Source: a virus. From it: a stretch of 40,325 nt of DNA. The notes below the pieces were generated by a model, which was not told the origin of the DNA, did not search any database, and saw only the letters and a list, made by a program, of their open reading frames with translations. The position numbers and the translations under genes were made by a program. This document shows positions 20,098 to 28,865 of this stretch, piece after piece. How positions within the stretch are numbered: the first letter of the stretch is position 1; every line of letters begins with the position of its first letter. The stretch lies in the UHGV virus genome UHGV-0382853, one strand, 5' to 3'.

Positions 20098-20726
20098 TTC
20101 ACCTCCTGCGGCGGTTCTGGTAGAGGCATCCAGTGGGTTACGTCATCCAAGATATATCCTGATAAATACGTGAAAGCTCTATATTTTTTGTAATCAATTG
20201 GATTTACAACCCAGTTCCAATATGCGGCCACGATTTCACCTTGACTAAATGCCAGTAACATTTTGGTGTCTTCCGGCATTCGCTCACTACAGCTTATCCA
20301 ACCATCCGGAGTTACCGGAGAGTTGCCCGATAGCTTGTTCAACTTGTAATTCTGGCTTACAGGTTGGCTACCATGAAGCATGGCAGCACGGCAGGCATTC
20401 CAGCCTCTCACCTCTGCAATAGCGGCAACAGCATCGACCGCGTACATTTTAAGAGGGTTGGGCATTGGTTTTTCTTCAGGTACTACTGGCATTGGAGGGG
20501 CGGCGTATACTTCAATAATCCCATTATCAATAGGCCATTCTCCATCCTTGAGGTAGTCACTTGTGCCGTCAACTTGCTGTTCTGCAATGTGGAATGCACC
20601 TATTGGTTTTGCTTCCAGCGATGCCAGAGCAATTCGTGCCAGTTCCATTTGTTCACCACGGGTAAGCCCGTTTTCAAGCGGATTTTTAATGAACAATTCA
20701 ATACGTTCTTTGGTAATAGTGGTCAT
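20094..20726 (-). CDS. DUF551-domain phage protein
   Basis: C-terminal ...HWMPLPEPP motif typical of DUF551; AAGGAGT SD. Confidence 0.5.
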   Translation of the reverse strand: MTTITKERIELFIKNPLENGLTRGEQMELARIALASLEAKPIGAFHIAEQQVDGTSDYLKDGEWPIDNGIIEVYAAPPMPVVPEEKPMPNPLKMYAVDAVAAIAEVRGWNACRAAMLHGSQPVSQNYKLNKLSGNSPVTPDGWISCSERMPEDTKMLLAFSQGEIVAAYWNWVVNPIDYKKYRAFTYLSGYILDDVTHWMPLPEPPQEVK

Positions 20727-20736
20727 GTGTTACTCC

Positions 20737-21000
20737 TTAACCCGCAGTGCTTTCAACTGATGAGGGGAATAAAATCTTTTCATCAAATCCGGCATTCATA
20801 TCATGGACAGCAACACACCAATCCATCGACGAACGATTATCAAGAGCCTCCATGATTTCATCCATGCGGCGCAGGTCATACAGGTAAATGCTTTTATCGC
20901 CAATGGTGTAAAAACCAATTTTTTTCGGTGATGGGCAGCGATCAAGAACGTCCTGTAATTCGTTCAACCATGCCCGTTCTTTTTTTGTTAAAGTTGCCAT
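20737..21000 (-). CDS. hypothetical protein
   Basis: Start moved to ATG 21000 (MATLTKKERAW...) with AAGGAGAG SD. Confidence 0.4.
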   Translation of the reverse strand: MATLTKKERAWLNELQDVLDRCPSPKKIGFYTIGDKSIYLYDLRRMDEIMEALDNRSSMDWCVAVHDMNAGFDEKILFPSSVESTAG

Positions 21001-21001
21001 A

Positions 21002-21688
21002 TCACTCTCCTTTGATGCGAATGCCAGCGGCACGGGAATCATTCCATCGCTTTACTTCTTCACGAATTACGTCAATGCATTCTTTCGAATCCATTAGGTA
21101 ATCTTCATCAAAAAGCCTTTCCTGTTCGTTTTCTATCGCAACAATGATTGCTTCAACTAACTTTTGTGCCTGAGAACCACTTTCTAACTCTGCAATGCGC
21201 TTCTCTGCGGCTTCCAGCTTCTCGCGCATATCGTCAACGTACTCGACCAGAGATCCGCCAGCAGGAATTTCGCACTCCTCGACCAGTTGGAAGTAGATAT
21301 CAGCTGCGGCCCGTGTGTTGCTATGCCTAGCGTCGCCCATCTCACCTTCACGAAGAGCATCGCGTTCGGCGGTAAGATTGGCTATTTTGCTGTCTTTGCC
21401 TTCCAGCTCAACGCGAAGCCTCCCTACCGTTAGCGCAATATCCTCGTTCTCCTGGTCGCGGCGTTTTATGTATTGCTGGTTTCTTTCCCGTTCATCCAGC
21501 AGTGCCAGCACGGTTTCTGGTCCGGCCAGAAATTTGAAGGCGTTGAGCGCATCAATATCCACACCGTAATCTTTAAGTTCCTGTTCGCTTATCAGATCAT
21601 CATCAACTGGCAACATTAACAGGCGTTCCATTGCCGGAATTGCACGTTCTGCCGCCTCACGCAGTGCCTGATAGTTAATTTTGGTCAT
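21002..21688 (-). CDS. Ead/Ea22-like coiled-coil protein
   Basis: 228 aa, acidic, coiled-coil-rich, typical of lambdoid Ea22-like genes. Confidence 0.4.
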   Translation of the reverse strand: MTKINYQALREAAERAIPAMERLLMLPVDDDLISEQELKDYGVDIDALNAFKFLAGPETVLALLDERERNQQYIKRRDQENEDIALTVGRLRVELEGKDSKIANLTAERDALREGEMGDARHSNTRAAADIYFQLVEECEIPAGGSLVEYVDDMREKLEAAEKRIAELESGSQAQKLVEAIIVAIENEQERLFDEDYLMDSKECIDVIREEVKRWNDSRAAGIRIKGE

Positions 21689-21689
21689 A

Positions 21690-21989
21690 TCACATCACCC
21701 TGAAGCCGTTGCATTTACGTAAAAAATCGCAGATATAGCCCTTCATTTTTTCGTGCCAATCTCGATCATTCCCATTGCACCAACCATCAGGTGGAGTCCA
21801 GTTTTCTATCAGAGCAGCCATTTTCTTTGCTTTCGCCGGAGTAGCTGTTGCGGTATCGCAGTAATGACGAGTGTCAACCAACGTATCCATACCATCGATA
21901 TCAAGTACGCAAAACCATGTGTGATTCGGCATTTCAACAGATGGTATTTGTTGCCCGCGTCGACGTTTATCAATAAGACATACAGTCAC
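21690..21989 (-). CDS. hypothetical protein
   Basis: GTG start with strong AAGGAGG SD; coupled to the neighbouring gene. Confidence 0.4.
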   Translation of the reverse strand: MTVCLIDKRRRGQQIPSVEMPNHTWFCVLDIDGMDTLVDTRHYCDTATATPAKAKKMAALIENWTPPDGWCNGNDRDWHEKMKGYICDFLRKCNGFRVM

Positions 21990-22603
21990 TGGTTGCCTCC
22001 TTTGCGAAGCTGGGCAGCAAAGTCAACTAACCACTCAGTCATTTCAACCTTCCCTACCAGGTCTGAACCAGGGTGCATACAGCAATCACTCTGCGCCGCT
22101 TTGAAATCCTTATACTCATATTCTTGGGCCACCAGATTTTTTGCAGCTTCTATAGCAGCATCCACCCCCTGCGCCCGCACTTCAGCCAGGCATTTGCGAA
22201 ACTCGGAAACGTACTGTTCGACGCTCATTCCCCAGCTAAGTGGACATTCATTGAATGTTTCGCCTTCGTGCTCTTCATCAGGTAGCTCTTTGGTAAAGAA
22301 CTCACGTTCAATGGCGTGGAGTGTGTCAGCAAAACGACGTAAGTTACTCAAACCTGTCGTAATGGAGAATTCAGGAGCATCACATCCGACGCCCATCTGC
22401 TGATAAACGGCGGTTTTGAAGGCCTTAAGCCCCGCATTCTCCGCCGCAAGCGCATTAGCACGCACCAGTTGCACTTCCAGTTGCGTTGCCAAATCGCTGA
22501 TCAGCTTTGCCACACTGCGCATATCAACGGCACCACATTCTGCTTTCAGTTCCGAAGCCATCTCATGCCCGGCGGCAACTAACCCTTTGATATTACTTTC
22601 CAT
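21986..22603 (-). CDS. hypothetical protein
   Basis: 205-aa ORF; coupled to the downstream gene (GTGA overlap). Confidence 0.4.
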   Translation of the reverse strand: MESNIKGLVAAGHEMASELKAECGAVDMRSVAKLISDLATQLEVQLVRANALAAENAGLKAFKTAVYQQMGVGCDAPEFSITTGLSNLRRFADTLHAIEREFFTKELPDEEHEGETFNECPLSWGMSVEQYVSEFRKCLAEVRAQGVDAAIEAAKNLVAQEYEYKDFKAAQSDCCMHPGSDLVGKVEMTEWLVDFAAQLRKGGNQ

Positions 22604-22664
22604 CTTTACCCTCGCTTATCCACATAACTTATTGATTACATTGATAACTAAAAAGATCGTCGAT

Positions 22665-23009
22665 TCAGAACTCTTCGATGTTCCAGCCACCACCTGCTTT
22701 CTTTGGTTTAACCGTTACCCCGATGATTCGGAACGGATACTGATCTGCGGCGACTTTGGTTTTCACCCTGGCGTCGTCGGTCCAGAAACCTTTCACTTCG
22801 TGCAGTTCCATCTCGCCGGTGGCGAGCATCACAGCAAAATCGGGCGTATAGAACGTGTTGTCAGCTAACCGCAACTTGATACCCTCAAATCGATACCAGA
22901 CGATTTCCCCTGCACGTTTACGCTGCTCAAGGTGCTGGCAATACGCAGATTCTGTTTTGTTCATCTGGCCTGTTTTGAGTCGACCAAGAGCCTGTATCTG
23001 TTTTCTCAT
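22665..23009 (-). CDS. DUF1064-like phage protein
   Basis: 114 aa; motif ...YTPDFAV...ELHEVKG...; position after replication genes. Confidence 0.45.
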   Translation of the reverse strand: MRKQIQALGRLKTGQMNKTESAYCQHLEQRKRAGEIVWYRFEGIKLRLADNTFYTPDFAVMLATGEMELHEVKGFWTDDARVKTKVAADQYPFRIIGVTVKPKKAGGGWNIEEF

Positions 23010-23012
23010 GAT

Positions 23013-23027
23013 TTACCTCTAAGGTAA
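23013..23027. promoter_or_regulatory. TTACC-N5-GGTAA palindrome
   Basis: ttacctctaaggtaa, 4 bp upstream of the start codon at 23009 (overlaps its RBS region). Confidence 0.5.
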
Positions 23028-23074
23028 TTAAAAACCACATAAGACACGAAATCAATAGAGTTTAGAATATTTTG

Positions 23075-23089
23075 TTACCCAACAGGTAA
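23075..23089. promoter_or_regulatory. TTACC-N5-GGTAA palindrome
   Basis: ttacccaacaggtaa in the P/DUF1064 intergenic region. Confidence 0.5.
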
Positions 23090-23126
23090 TTGCCGAGGCG
23101 TAAAAAAATGCGCTATCGCGCTGGTA

Positions 23127-23927
23127 TTACTTGATAAATCCTGCCGCCTTTCCCCGCCTGTATTCCTCCATCAGCCACTGCGCCGGTGTTATTCCCCCAA
23201 GGGTGGCGGCGTTAGGCATGCACCCGAAACTTCTCCCTGGTGGATGGTAAACGTCTCTCCCTGTGCCCGGAGGTGTACTCATGGGCTCTGGCTTTGCCTG
23301 TATGCTGATCACCGGATCGGGTATCTGCTGTCCGGAAGCCACCTTTTTCGCCCAATCATCGAGCAGCCTGCGCGCGTGTTTCTCAACCTCAATCTCGCTA
23401 AGCTGGCGCTGATACATTGCACGGCGGGTATCACATACGACCCAGTACATAACCGGATGTCGCCACGGGAATCTTTCGGGACCACCAGGATATAAACTTT
23501 TTTCCTTGCTGTACCGGTGAAACTCCGCCATCACATCGTCAATGGTGACGCCAAGAACCATCTTGCTGTCTTTACACCACTTGATGAATTGCCCTGGCGA
23601 CGGCCAGAACGGAGACTCACTGGCGCGGGCGTGGCGCATACCAGCAGAAACCTGTTCACGGGTTCGGATCCCCCCTTCGGCAAACGCAGCAATCCACTGC
23701 TGTTTTGCAGCAACTTCCTGCTCTGGCGTCTTCAGGTTGGTTACCACTGCCGCCGGAAACAGTTGTTTCAGCTGTTTGAAAAGGGCATCAACAAGCCTCT
23801 CTGCTGACATGTTCACCACATTGTCATTGTTGACGTACTGATGCTCATAACCTGACATGCGAGAAAGGGCTTCTCCGTCACGGTTTTGTATCGCGGTAAA
23901 AACGTTGTTCACAAGAAATCCTCCCAT
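23127..23927 (-). CDS. replication protein P-like (helicase loader)
   Basis: Block WIAAFAEGGIRTREQVSAGMRHARASESPFWPSPGQFIKWCKD closely parallels the lambda P motif W..AF.E.GI.T.EQV.AGMR.AR....PF.PSPGQF..WC. Confidence 0.8.
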   Translation of the reverse strand: MGGFLVNNVFTAIQNRDGEALSRMSGYEHQYVNNDNVVNMSAERLVDALFKQLKQLFPAAVVTNLKTPEQEVAAKQQWIAAFAEGGIRTREQVSAGMRHARASESPFWPSPGQFIKWCKDSKMVLGVTIDDVMAEFHRYSKEKSLYPGGPERFPWRHPVMYWVVCDTRRAMYQRQLSEIEVEKHARRLLDDWAKKVASGQQIPDPVISIQAKPEPMSTPPGTGRDVYHPPGRSFGCMPNAATLGGITPAQWLMEEYRRGKAAGFIK

Positions 23928-24724
23928 GCTTCAGGGCTGTTCCAGTGCGGAACGTTGTTATCAGGTAATGTTGATTGCTTCTGTCTGCTAATCTGCAGCC
24001 GCCTTGCCAGCTTCTGCTCCCACTGTGCCTGATGGTATGCCTTACCCTCAGCCATCCAGTAAATTCTGAACTCTGCAAGTTCCTGTGCCGTTGGCAGACT
24101 GTCCAGGTAGATCCCCTGCAATGAGCTTTTCCGAAGAAAGTCATCTGATGGCTGCCATTGTTCATGCATGACAAATTTGCCTAATTGCCCTGGCCCACCA
24201 GGAGGAACAAAGTTATTCATCACGGCGTTGTTTGCGTTGGGGTCATGATGCACAGAATCCCCGTTTTTTGTCCTGCTCTCCCTCTCTTGGTTAAATGACT
24301 GGTTATATGACTGGTTCTGGATCCCGTTTTTGGGATCATTCAACATCCCGTTTTTGGGATCATTCAACATCCCGTTTTTGGGTATATTCCCGCTTTCGGT
24401 AACATTACCGTTTTCGGGTTCATTACCCCCTTCCCGGTTGCCTTTAATGTTCCCTTTTTTGGTTATATTAAGAGAGAAAACCCGTACTCTTTTCGTCGCC
24501 CCCTTTCTCTCTCCGGTATCTGAAATAAGCCCCATTTTCATGAGCGATATAAGCCCGGCCTGCACGGTTTTTTTATTCAGGCAAGTGTCTTTAACGAGGC
24601 GTTCTATGCTGGGGTAGCAGAGGTTATATTCATCGGCTCTGTCAGCCATCGAGAGCAGTATGAGCTTTAATGATGAGCTACCTGGATCTGTCTCCCAGGC
24701 CCAATCTGTTGCATGTCTGCTCAT
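23909..24724 (-). CDS. replication initiator O-like protein
   Basis: N-terminal winged-HTH-like domain; central peptide repeats (PKNGMLND x2-3) coincide with DNA iterons; overlaps the P-like gene; GGAGAT SD. Confidence 0.7.
   Translation of the reverse strand: MSRHATDWAWETDPGSSSLKLILLSMADRADEYNLCYPSIERLVKDTCLNKKTVQAGLISLMKMGLISDTGERKGATKRVRVFSLNITKKGNIKGNREGGNEPENGNVTESGNIPKNGMLNDPKNGMLNDPKNGIQNQSYNQSFNQERESRTKNGDSVHHDPNANNAVMNNFVPPGGPGQLGKFVMHEQWQPSDDFLRKSSLQGIYLDSLPTAQELAEFRIYWMAEGKAYHQAQWEQKLARRLQISRQKQSTLPDNNVPHWNSPEAWEDFL
24321..24480. repeat. replication origin: 24-bp-period iterons with dyad ATCCC-N6-GGGAT plus adjacent AT-rich tract, inside the O-like gene
   Basis: atcccgtttttgggat at 24321 and 24345, degenerate copies at about 24369 and 24405, then tttttt/ttatatta AT-rich stretch. 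Confidence 0.65.
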
Positions 24725-24739
24725 GATTAATCTCCGCTA

Positions 24740-24940
24740 TCAGCCTGAGTGTTGTGGGGAGGAATTAATCATGATCTGCTTAATCTCTGCCCTGATGCGA
24801 CGGTTTGATTCCATGGTGCACTCAACACAGTGTCCGTTGTAAACCCAGCGTTCACTGTCATGTCCGTGCTTACATGTTTTTCCGGTGTAGTAGCGTTTAA
24901 GTCCGCGCTTTGCGGCATCAATACGTGTAATGATTTCCAT
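24740..24940 (-). CDS. small Cys/His-rich protein in the cII position
   Basis: Probable start at ATG 24940 (MEIITRID...); the track start is TTG; motif CKHGH...HCVEC. Confidence 0.35.
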   Translation of the reverse strand: MEIITRIDAAKRGLKRYYTGKTCKHGHDSERWVYNGHCVECTMESNRRIRAEIKQIMINSSPQHSG

Positions 24941-25020
24941 GGTAAGCCCTGTTATTGGTATTGGGATTACGGTTATTTTGTGCTGACACAAAAAAAAGAT
25001 CAACCATATTTGGTTTTTTA

Positions 25021-25035
25021 TTACCTTTGAGGTAC
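25021..25035. promoter_or_regulatory. TTACC-N5-GGTAC palindrome variant
   Basis: ttacctttgaggtac, between the tR1-like terminator and the next gene. Confidence 0.35.
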
Positions 25036-25040
25036 GAATA

Positions 25041-25068
25041 GATATGAAAAGACCGCCGGATGGCGGTC
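25041..25068 (-). terminator. tR1-like terminator downstream of the cro-like gene
   Basis: Hairpin gaccgcc-ggat-ggcggtc followed on the minus strand by TTTTC. Confidence 0.5.
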
Positions 25069-25090
25069 TACAGAGGGTTGTGGCTGGATA

Positions 25091-25321
25091 TCATGAGTAG
25101 AAGAAGTATGCCAGTTCTGCTTTTGAGCGCAGCCATTGTCTTGATTTACAGGCTTTAAAAAGCCCATTCATCAATACCTTACCTGGCATTTTGCGCTTAC
25201 CTGTTAAGTGAGTCTGGATATAGTGACTCGTCGTTCCGGCTTCCTGTGCGAAGGCTTCACGCTCATCCGGAGTAAGTGCAAGCCAGTGCTTTTTGAAATC
25301 GAAATGTCCGTTATCGCTCAT
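25091..25321 (-). CDS. Cro-like HTH regulator
   Basis: 76 aa, HTH-like segment TPDEREAFAQEAGTTSHYIQ; divergent from the repressor; first gene of the operon containing O and P. Confidence 0.5.
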   Translation of the reverse strand: MSDNGHFDFKKHWLALTPDEREAFAQEAGTTSHYIQTHLTGKRKMPGKVLMNGLFKACKSRQWLRSKAELAYFFYS

Positions 25322-25357
25322 AGCTATTGCCTGATATTTATTTCAGATAATAAATAT

Positions 25358-25372
25358 TCACCTATAAGGTAA
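25358..25372. promoter_or_regulatory. operator-like palindrome in immunity region
   Basis: tcacctataaggtaa (one-mismatch variant). Confidence 0.45.
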
Positions 25373-25405
25373 CAAAAATCAAGGATAGTTACCCATGAGG
25401 TGCAT

Positions 25406-25420
25406 TTACCTGTTGGGTAA
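25406..25420. promoter_or_regulatory. operator-like palindrome in immunity region
   Basis: ttacctgttgggtaa; an additional partial site ttacccatgaggtgc lies at about 25390-25404. Confidence 0.5.
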
Positions 25421-25475
25421 TATTGCTTTAAATTGAATCATCTTCTGATTCAGATATGAGGCGATTTTCCAGAAA

Positions 25476-26060
25476 ATGAAAAGTATCCAGGACGTCCGCA
25501 GGCAAAATCTCAACGACTTGATCGACCGTGAATTCAATGGTGTTCAGACGCGGATGGCTGAAAAACTTGGAACTCAGGCAAATCTGGTAAACCGCTGGGC
25601 TCTTGGCAAGAAGGTTATCGGCGACCAGGTTGCGCGAAAAATTGAAGCTGCCGCCAATAAACCCCGTAACTGGCTTGATATCGATCGCTCGCTTTCTCAG
25701 GAAGGTTTTCAGCCTGTCGGACCAAGCGACATTGGTCAACTGGCGGCTCACAACCTGAAACGCTGGATGAGCGAAAGCCGCGACCTTTCAACGCAGGGAA
25801 AACTTCACCGCGCATCCGGCGTCGCCCAGGTAACAATCAGTCGCCTGTTAAACAATGAGGTCAGCGTTTCCATTTCCACCCTGGAGAATGTTGCATCCGC
25901 ATTCGGGCGTCACGGCTATGAATTACTGATTCACCCGCACGACCCTGCGACCATCAACTATGACCGCTCGCGCTACGCATTGTTACCCGAAACCGAGAAA
26001 GCAAAGATCGAAAGTTACATTGAATTTGTCATCAACCAGAACGAAAAAAACAAACAATAA
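25476..26060 (+). CDS. phage repressor, tandem-HTH type with no recognisable peptidase (autocleavage) domain
   Basis: 194 aa; two HTH-like segments (QTRMAEKLGTQANLVNRWALGKK and LHRASGVAQVTISRLLNNEVS); no S24-like Ser/Lys motifs seen; divergent from cro-like gene. Confidence 0.6.
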   Translation: MKSIQDVRRQNLNDLIDREFNGVQTRMAEKLGTQANLVNRWALGKKVIGDQVARKIEAAANKPRNWLDIDRSLSQEGFQPVGPSDIGQLAAHNLKRWMSESRDLSTQGKLHRASGVAQVTISRLLNNEVSVSISTLENVASAFGRHGYELLIHPHDPATINYDRSRYALLPETEKAKIESYIEFVINQNEKNKQ

Positions 26061-26081
26061 AATCATACTCTTCAGTAAGTA

Positions 26082-26104
26082 AGCCGCCTTCTGGCGGCTT
26101 TTTT
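26082..26104 (+). terminator. rho-independent terminator after the repressor gene
   Basis: agccgcc-ttct-ggcggct followed by tttttt. Confidence 0.7.
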
Positions 26105-26117
26105 ATTGCCTATTTGA

Positions 26118-26132
26118 TTACCTAACGGGTAA
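26118..26132. promoter_or_regulatory. operator-like palindrome at early-left promoter
   Basis: ttacctaacgggtaa; TTGACA at 26152-26157. Confidence 0.5.
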
Positions 26133-26179
26133 TTTTTTTAACTCATATCTATTGACATCAAACCAGATACGCATAATTA

Positions 26180-26194
26180 TTACCTCAACGGTAA
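26180..26194. promoter_or_regulatory. operator-like palindrome at early-left promoter
   Basis: ttacctcaacggtaa, about 20 bp upstream of the first early-left ORF. Confidence 0.5.
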
Positions 26195-26213
26195 CAGACC
26201 GAGGTAACAAGTT

Positions 26214-26366
26214 ATGCAGTGGAAAATCATCAACGGTTGGTACTGCGTTACTGCATGCGGATTCATGAGCTGGAAGTTCCGCACCTTACAGGAAGGCATT
26301 AAGTGGGCTTTCGTCAGCAAAGAAGCTCGCGATGTGGCCAACGATAACGAGATATGGGAGGGCTGA
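26214..26366 (+). CDS. small early protein (50 aa)
   Basis: Not in the ORF track (<60 aa); ATG with GAGGT SD 7 nt upstream; stop abuts the next gene's RBS. Confidence 0.35.
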   Translation: MQWKIINGWYCVTACGFMSWKFRTLQEGIKWAFVSKEARDVANDNEIWEG

Positions 26367-26368
26367 TA

Positions 26369-26668
26369 ATGAACGTTAATCAGCAGAAAAATCTTCAAAA
26401 AATCATGCTGGCATTCGACAAGGACTACCGCCTGTCAGAACAGCTATATGACCGACAAGTTGAACTGATTGAGAGTATCCGGCTTCATCAACTGGCATCA
26501 ACTTTCGACGTTGTAACAGTTAAAGGCGTTCGCCAGGAAGTACTGGAGGCCGCTAAAGACAGTCCAGAGTTCGAAGAACTGATGGATTCCTACCGGCGCG
26601 AGGCAATGGCAATTATCGCCCGCTGGGATCTGGCTGATCAGCTTGATGGGCAGAGGGACGCGGCATGA
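26369..26668 (+). CDS. hypothetical early protein
   Basis: Start moved to ATG 26369 (MNVNQQ...) with GGGAGGG SD. Confidence 0.45.
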   Translation: MNVNQQKNLQKIMLAFDKDYRLSEQLYDRQVELIESIRLHQLASTFDVVTVKGVRQEVLEAAKDSPEFEELMDSYRREAMAIIARWDLADQLDGQRDAA

Positions 26669-26871
26669 AACCAACACTCCTCTCATTGCTGCGAGGTGGA
26701 AAACACAGCATCCGAGATATGGCAAAGATTCTTGGTATCTCAAGATCGAAGGTTTCTTGGTTCATCGCTGAGCTTGAACGTCGCAAATGGGTAGAGGTAA
26801 CCAGGAGCGCAATATATTTCCACGATGGAACCAGATCCAACAAGCAGAACGAATACAAGGTTAAGTTATGA
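26665..26871 (+). CDS. small HTH/winged-helix protein
   Basis: 68 aa; segment SIRDMAKILGISRSKVSWFIAELERRKW resembles an HTH; ATGA-coupled on both sides. Confidence 0.45.
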   Translation: MKPTLLSLLRGGKHSIRDMAKILGISRSKVSWFIAELERRKWVEVTRSAIYFHDGTRSNKQNEYKVKL

Positions 26872-27689
26872 ATACTGGCATCTATTTCGACATCAGCAAT
26901 GAGGACTACCACGCCGGTGACGGCGTGAGTAAGTCGCAACTAGACATGGTTGCCAAGAATCCGGCGCTTCTTAAATGGGTTCAGGCAGCACCAGAAGACG
27001 AAGAGAAAAAGTCTGCACTGGATATGGGAACCGCATTGCACTGTCTGCTTCTGGAGCCTGGAGAGTTCGACAAACGCTTCATTGTTTCACCGAAATTCGA
27101 TCGTCGGACAAAACAAGGTAAAGCTGACGAAGAAGCATTTCTTCGTGATGTGGCGGATATGGGTATTACGGTACTTGATGTCGAGCAGTGGCGAAAACTG
27201 GAGCTGATGCGTGATAGCGCAATGGCTCACCCGGCTGCACGCTGGATGCTGGAAGCACCTGGTTACTGCGAAGCATCAATGTACTGGAACGATGAAGAGA
27301 CTGGTGAGTTGTGCCGCATTCGTCCAGACAAATGGCTGAACGAGCACAACGTGATCGTCGACGTGAAAAAGGTTGCAGATATGGATCGTTTTGCACGCCA
27401 CATCGAGGAATTCCGCTACCACGTGCAGGACGCAATGTACCGCGAAGGAGCAATGAGGGTTACTGGTCAGTCGCATGGTTTTTTCTTTCTTGCCGTGAGC
27501 GAAAGCATTGATTGTGGTCGGTATCCGGTACGCGTGTTCGAGCTGGATGCGCCGGATGTCGATGCCGGGCACGCTCTGTTCCGCCGGGATCTGAATACCT
27601 ATCACGAATGCCGCATCAACGATGAATGGGGCGGAGTGGAAATTATTAAACGCCCTGACTGGGCACGTAAACAGGATATGTACGTATGA
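26868..27689 (+). CDS. PD-(D/E)XK exonuclease (RecE/exonuclease VIII-like)
   Basis: 273 aa; N-terminal GIYFDISNEDYHAGDGVSKSQL pattern typical of this prophage exonuclease family; directly upstream of the annealing protein. Confidence 0.6.
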   Translation: MNTGIYFDISNEDYHAGDGVSKSQLDMVAKNPALLKWVQAAPEDEEKKSALDMGTALHCLLLEPGEFDKRFIVSPKFDRRTKQGKADEEAFLRDVADMGITVLDVEQWRKLELMRDSAMAHPAARWMLEAPGYCEASMYWNDEETGELCRIRPDKWLNEHNVIVDVKKVADMDRFARHIEEFRYHVQDAMYREGAMRVTGQSHGFFFLAVSESIDCGRYPVRVFELDAPDVDAGHALFRRDLNTYHECRINDEWGGVEIIKRPDWARKQDMYV

Positions 27690-28567
27690 GCAATGATATC
27701 GCAATCACATCACAACCAGGCGCAACTGTAGGCACTGCTGCGGCAATCTTCAGCCCCGAGGGCATGAATCAACTGGTGCGTTTCGCGGAGTTGATGTCAC
27801 AAAGCAAAGCGACTGTACCGAGACATCTTGAAGGCAAACCTGCCGATTGCCTGGCGGTGACCATGCAGGCGGCACAGTGGGGAATGAACCCTTTCGCCGT
27901 GGCGCAGAAAACGCATGTGGTAAACGGAACGTTAGGCTACGAAGCACAGTTGGTAAACGCGGTCGTATCCTCTTCCAGCCTGCTGGCGACACGCCTGAAT
28001 TATCGCTGGAGCGGTGACTGGTCGAATGTTAACGGCAAAACAGATAAATCACCGAATCTGACGGTAACTGTGTCAGCAGTTCTTAAAGGAGAAGCAGAAC
28101 CCCGTGAGCTTACCATCAGTATGGCGCAAGCCGGAGTGCGTAACTCTCCATTGTGGGAACAGGATCCGCGCCAGCAGCTTGCCTATCTTTGCACGAAACG
28201 ATGGGCTCGCCTGCACGCTCCTGATGTACTTCTCGGTGTTTACACCCCTGACGAATTACAGGAAACGGCACCGCGCGTTGAGCGAGACATTACTCCGCAA
28301 ACGACTACTGCTGCGGGAATGAACAGTCTGATCAACGCTAAACCAGTGAAAAAGCCTGATGAGCAAACGCGTAAAGCGGATAGCCGTGATCCAGAAGAAA
28401 TGCTGATGGCCTTTACCAGCGCAGCGATGAATTACAGCACTGTCTCCGAACTGGATAAGGCTTACAAATACATTGCACAAAAACTTTCAGATGATGACGA
28501 ACTGCTGGCAAAAGCCACCGACGTTTACAGCGTTCGTCGGGAAGAATTAAACGAAACATCTATGTAA
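27686..28567 (+). CDS. single-strand annealing protein (Red-beta/RecT superfamily)
   Basis: Blocks QWGMNPFAVAQKTHV and PLWEQDP...TAPRVERDITP parallel lambda Bet (YGLNPWTKEIYAF; GPWQSHP...ERQPERDITP). Confidence 0.7.
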   Translation: MSNDIAITSQPGATVGTAAAIFSPEGMNQLVRFAELMSQSKATVPRHLEGKPADCLAVTMQAAQWGMNPFAVAQKTHVVNGTLGYEAQLVNAVVSSSSLLATRLNYRWSGDWSNVNGKTDKSPNLTVTVSAVLKGEAEPRELTISMAQAGVRNSPLWEQDPRQQLAYLCTKRWARLHAPDVLLGVYTPDELQETAPRVERDITPQTTTAAGMNSLINAKPVKKPDEQTRKADSRDPEEMLMAFTSAAMNYSTVSELDKAYKYIAQKLSDDDELLAKATDVYSVRREELNETSM

Positions 28568-28616
28568 CCACCACCGCGGCGCCACGCGCGCCGCACTGCA
28601 ACCAAGAGAGGTATTT

Positions 28617-28865
28617 ATGAAAGGTGCATTAGGTAAGAAGGAACTCCTGGCGGTGGTGCCACTGTCATGGAGCACTATCGACCGTATGGAGCGCGCAGGG
28701 GAATTTCCTAAACGCTGGTATATCACTGACAAACGCTGCGCATGGAACCGTGACGAAGTTGAGCGTTGGCTTGATGAACGTCAGGCAGCAAGCCCGGCAG
28801 AGTTCCAGGGTAAAAAGCCTCCTGTTCAGCAACGTGTATATCGTCCTGTGAGCAACGCTGCATGA
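28617..28865 (+). CDS. AlpA-family DNA-binding protein (candidate excisionase)
   Basis: 82 aa; segment LSWSTIDRMERAGEFPKRWYITDKRCAWNRDEVERWL typical of AlpA/Xis-type HTH; near integrase. Confidence 0.65.
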   Translation: MKGALGKKELLAVVPLSWSTIDRMERAGEFPKRWYITDKRCAWNRDEVERWLDERQAASPAEFQGKKPPVQQRVYRPVSNAA

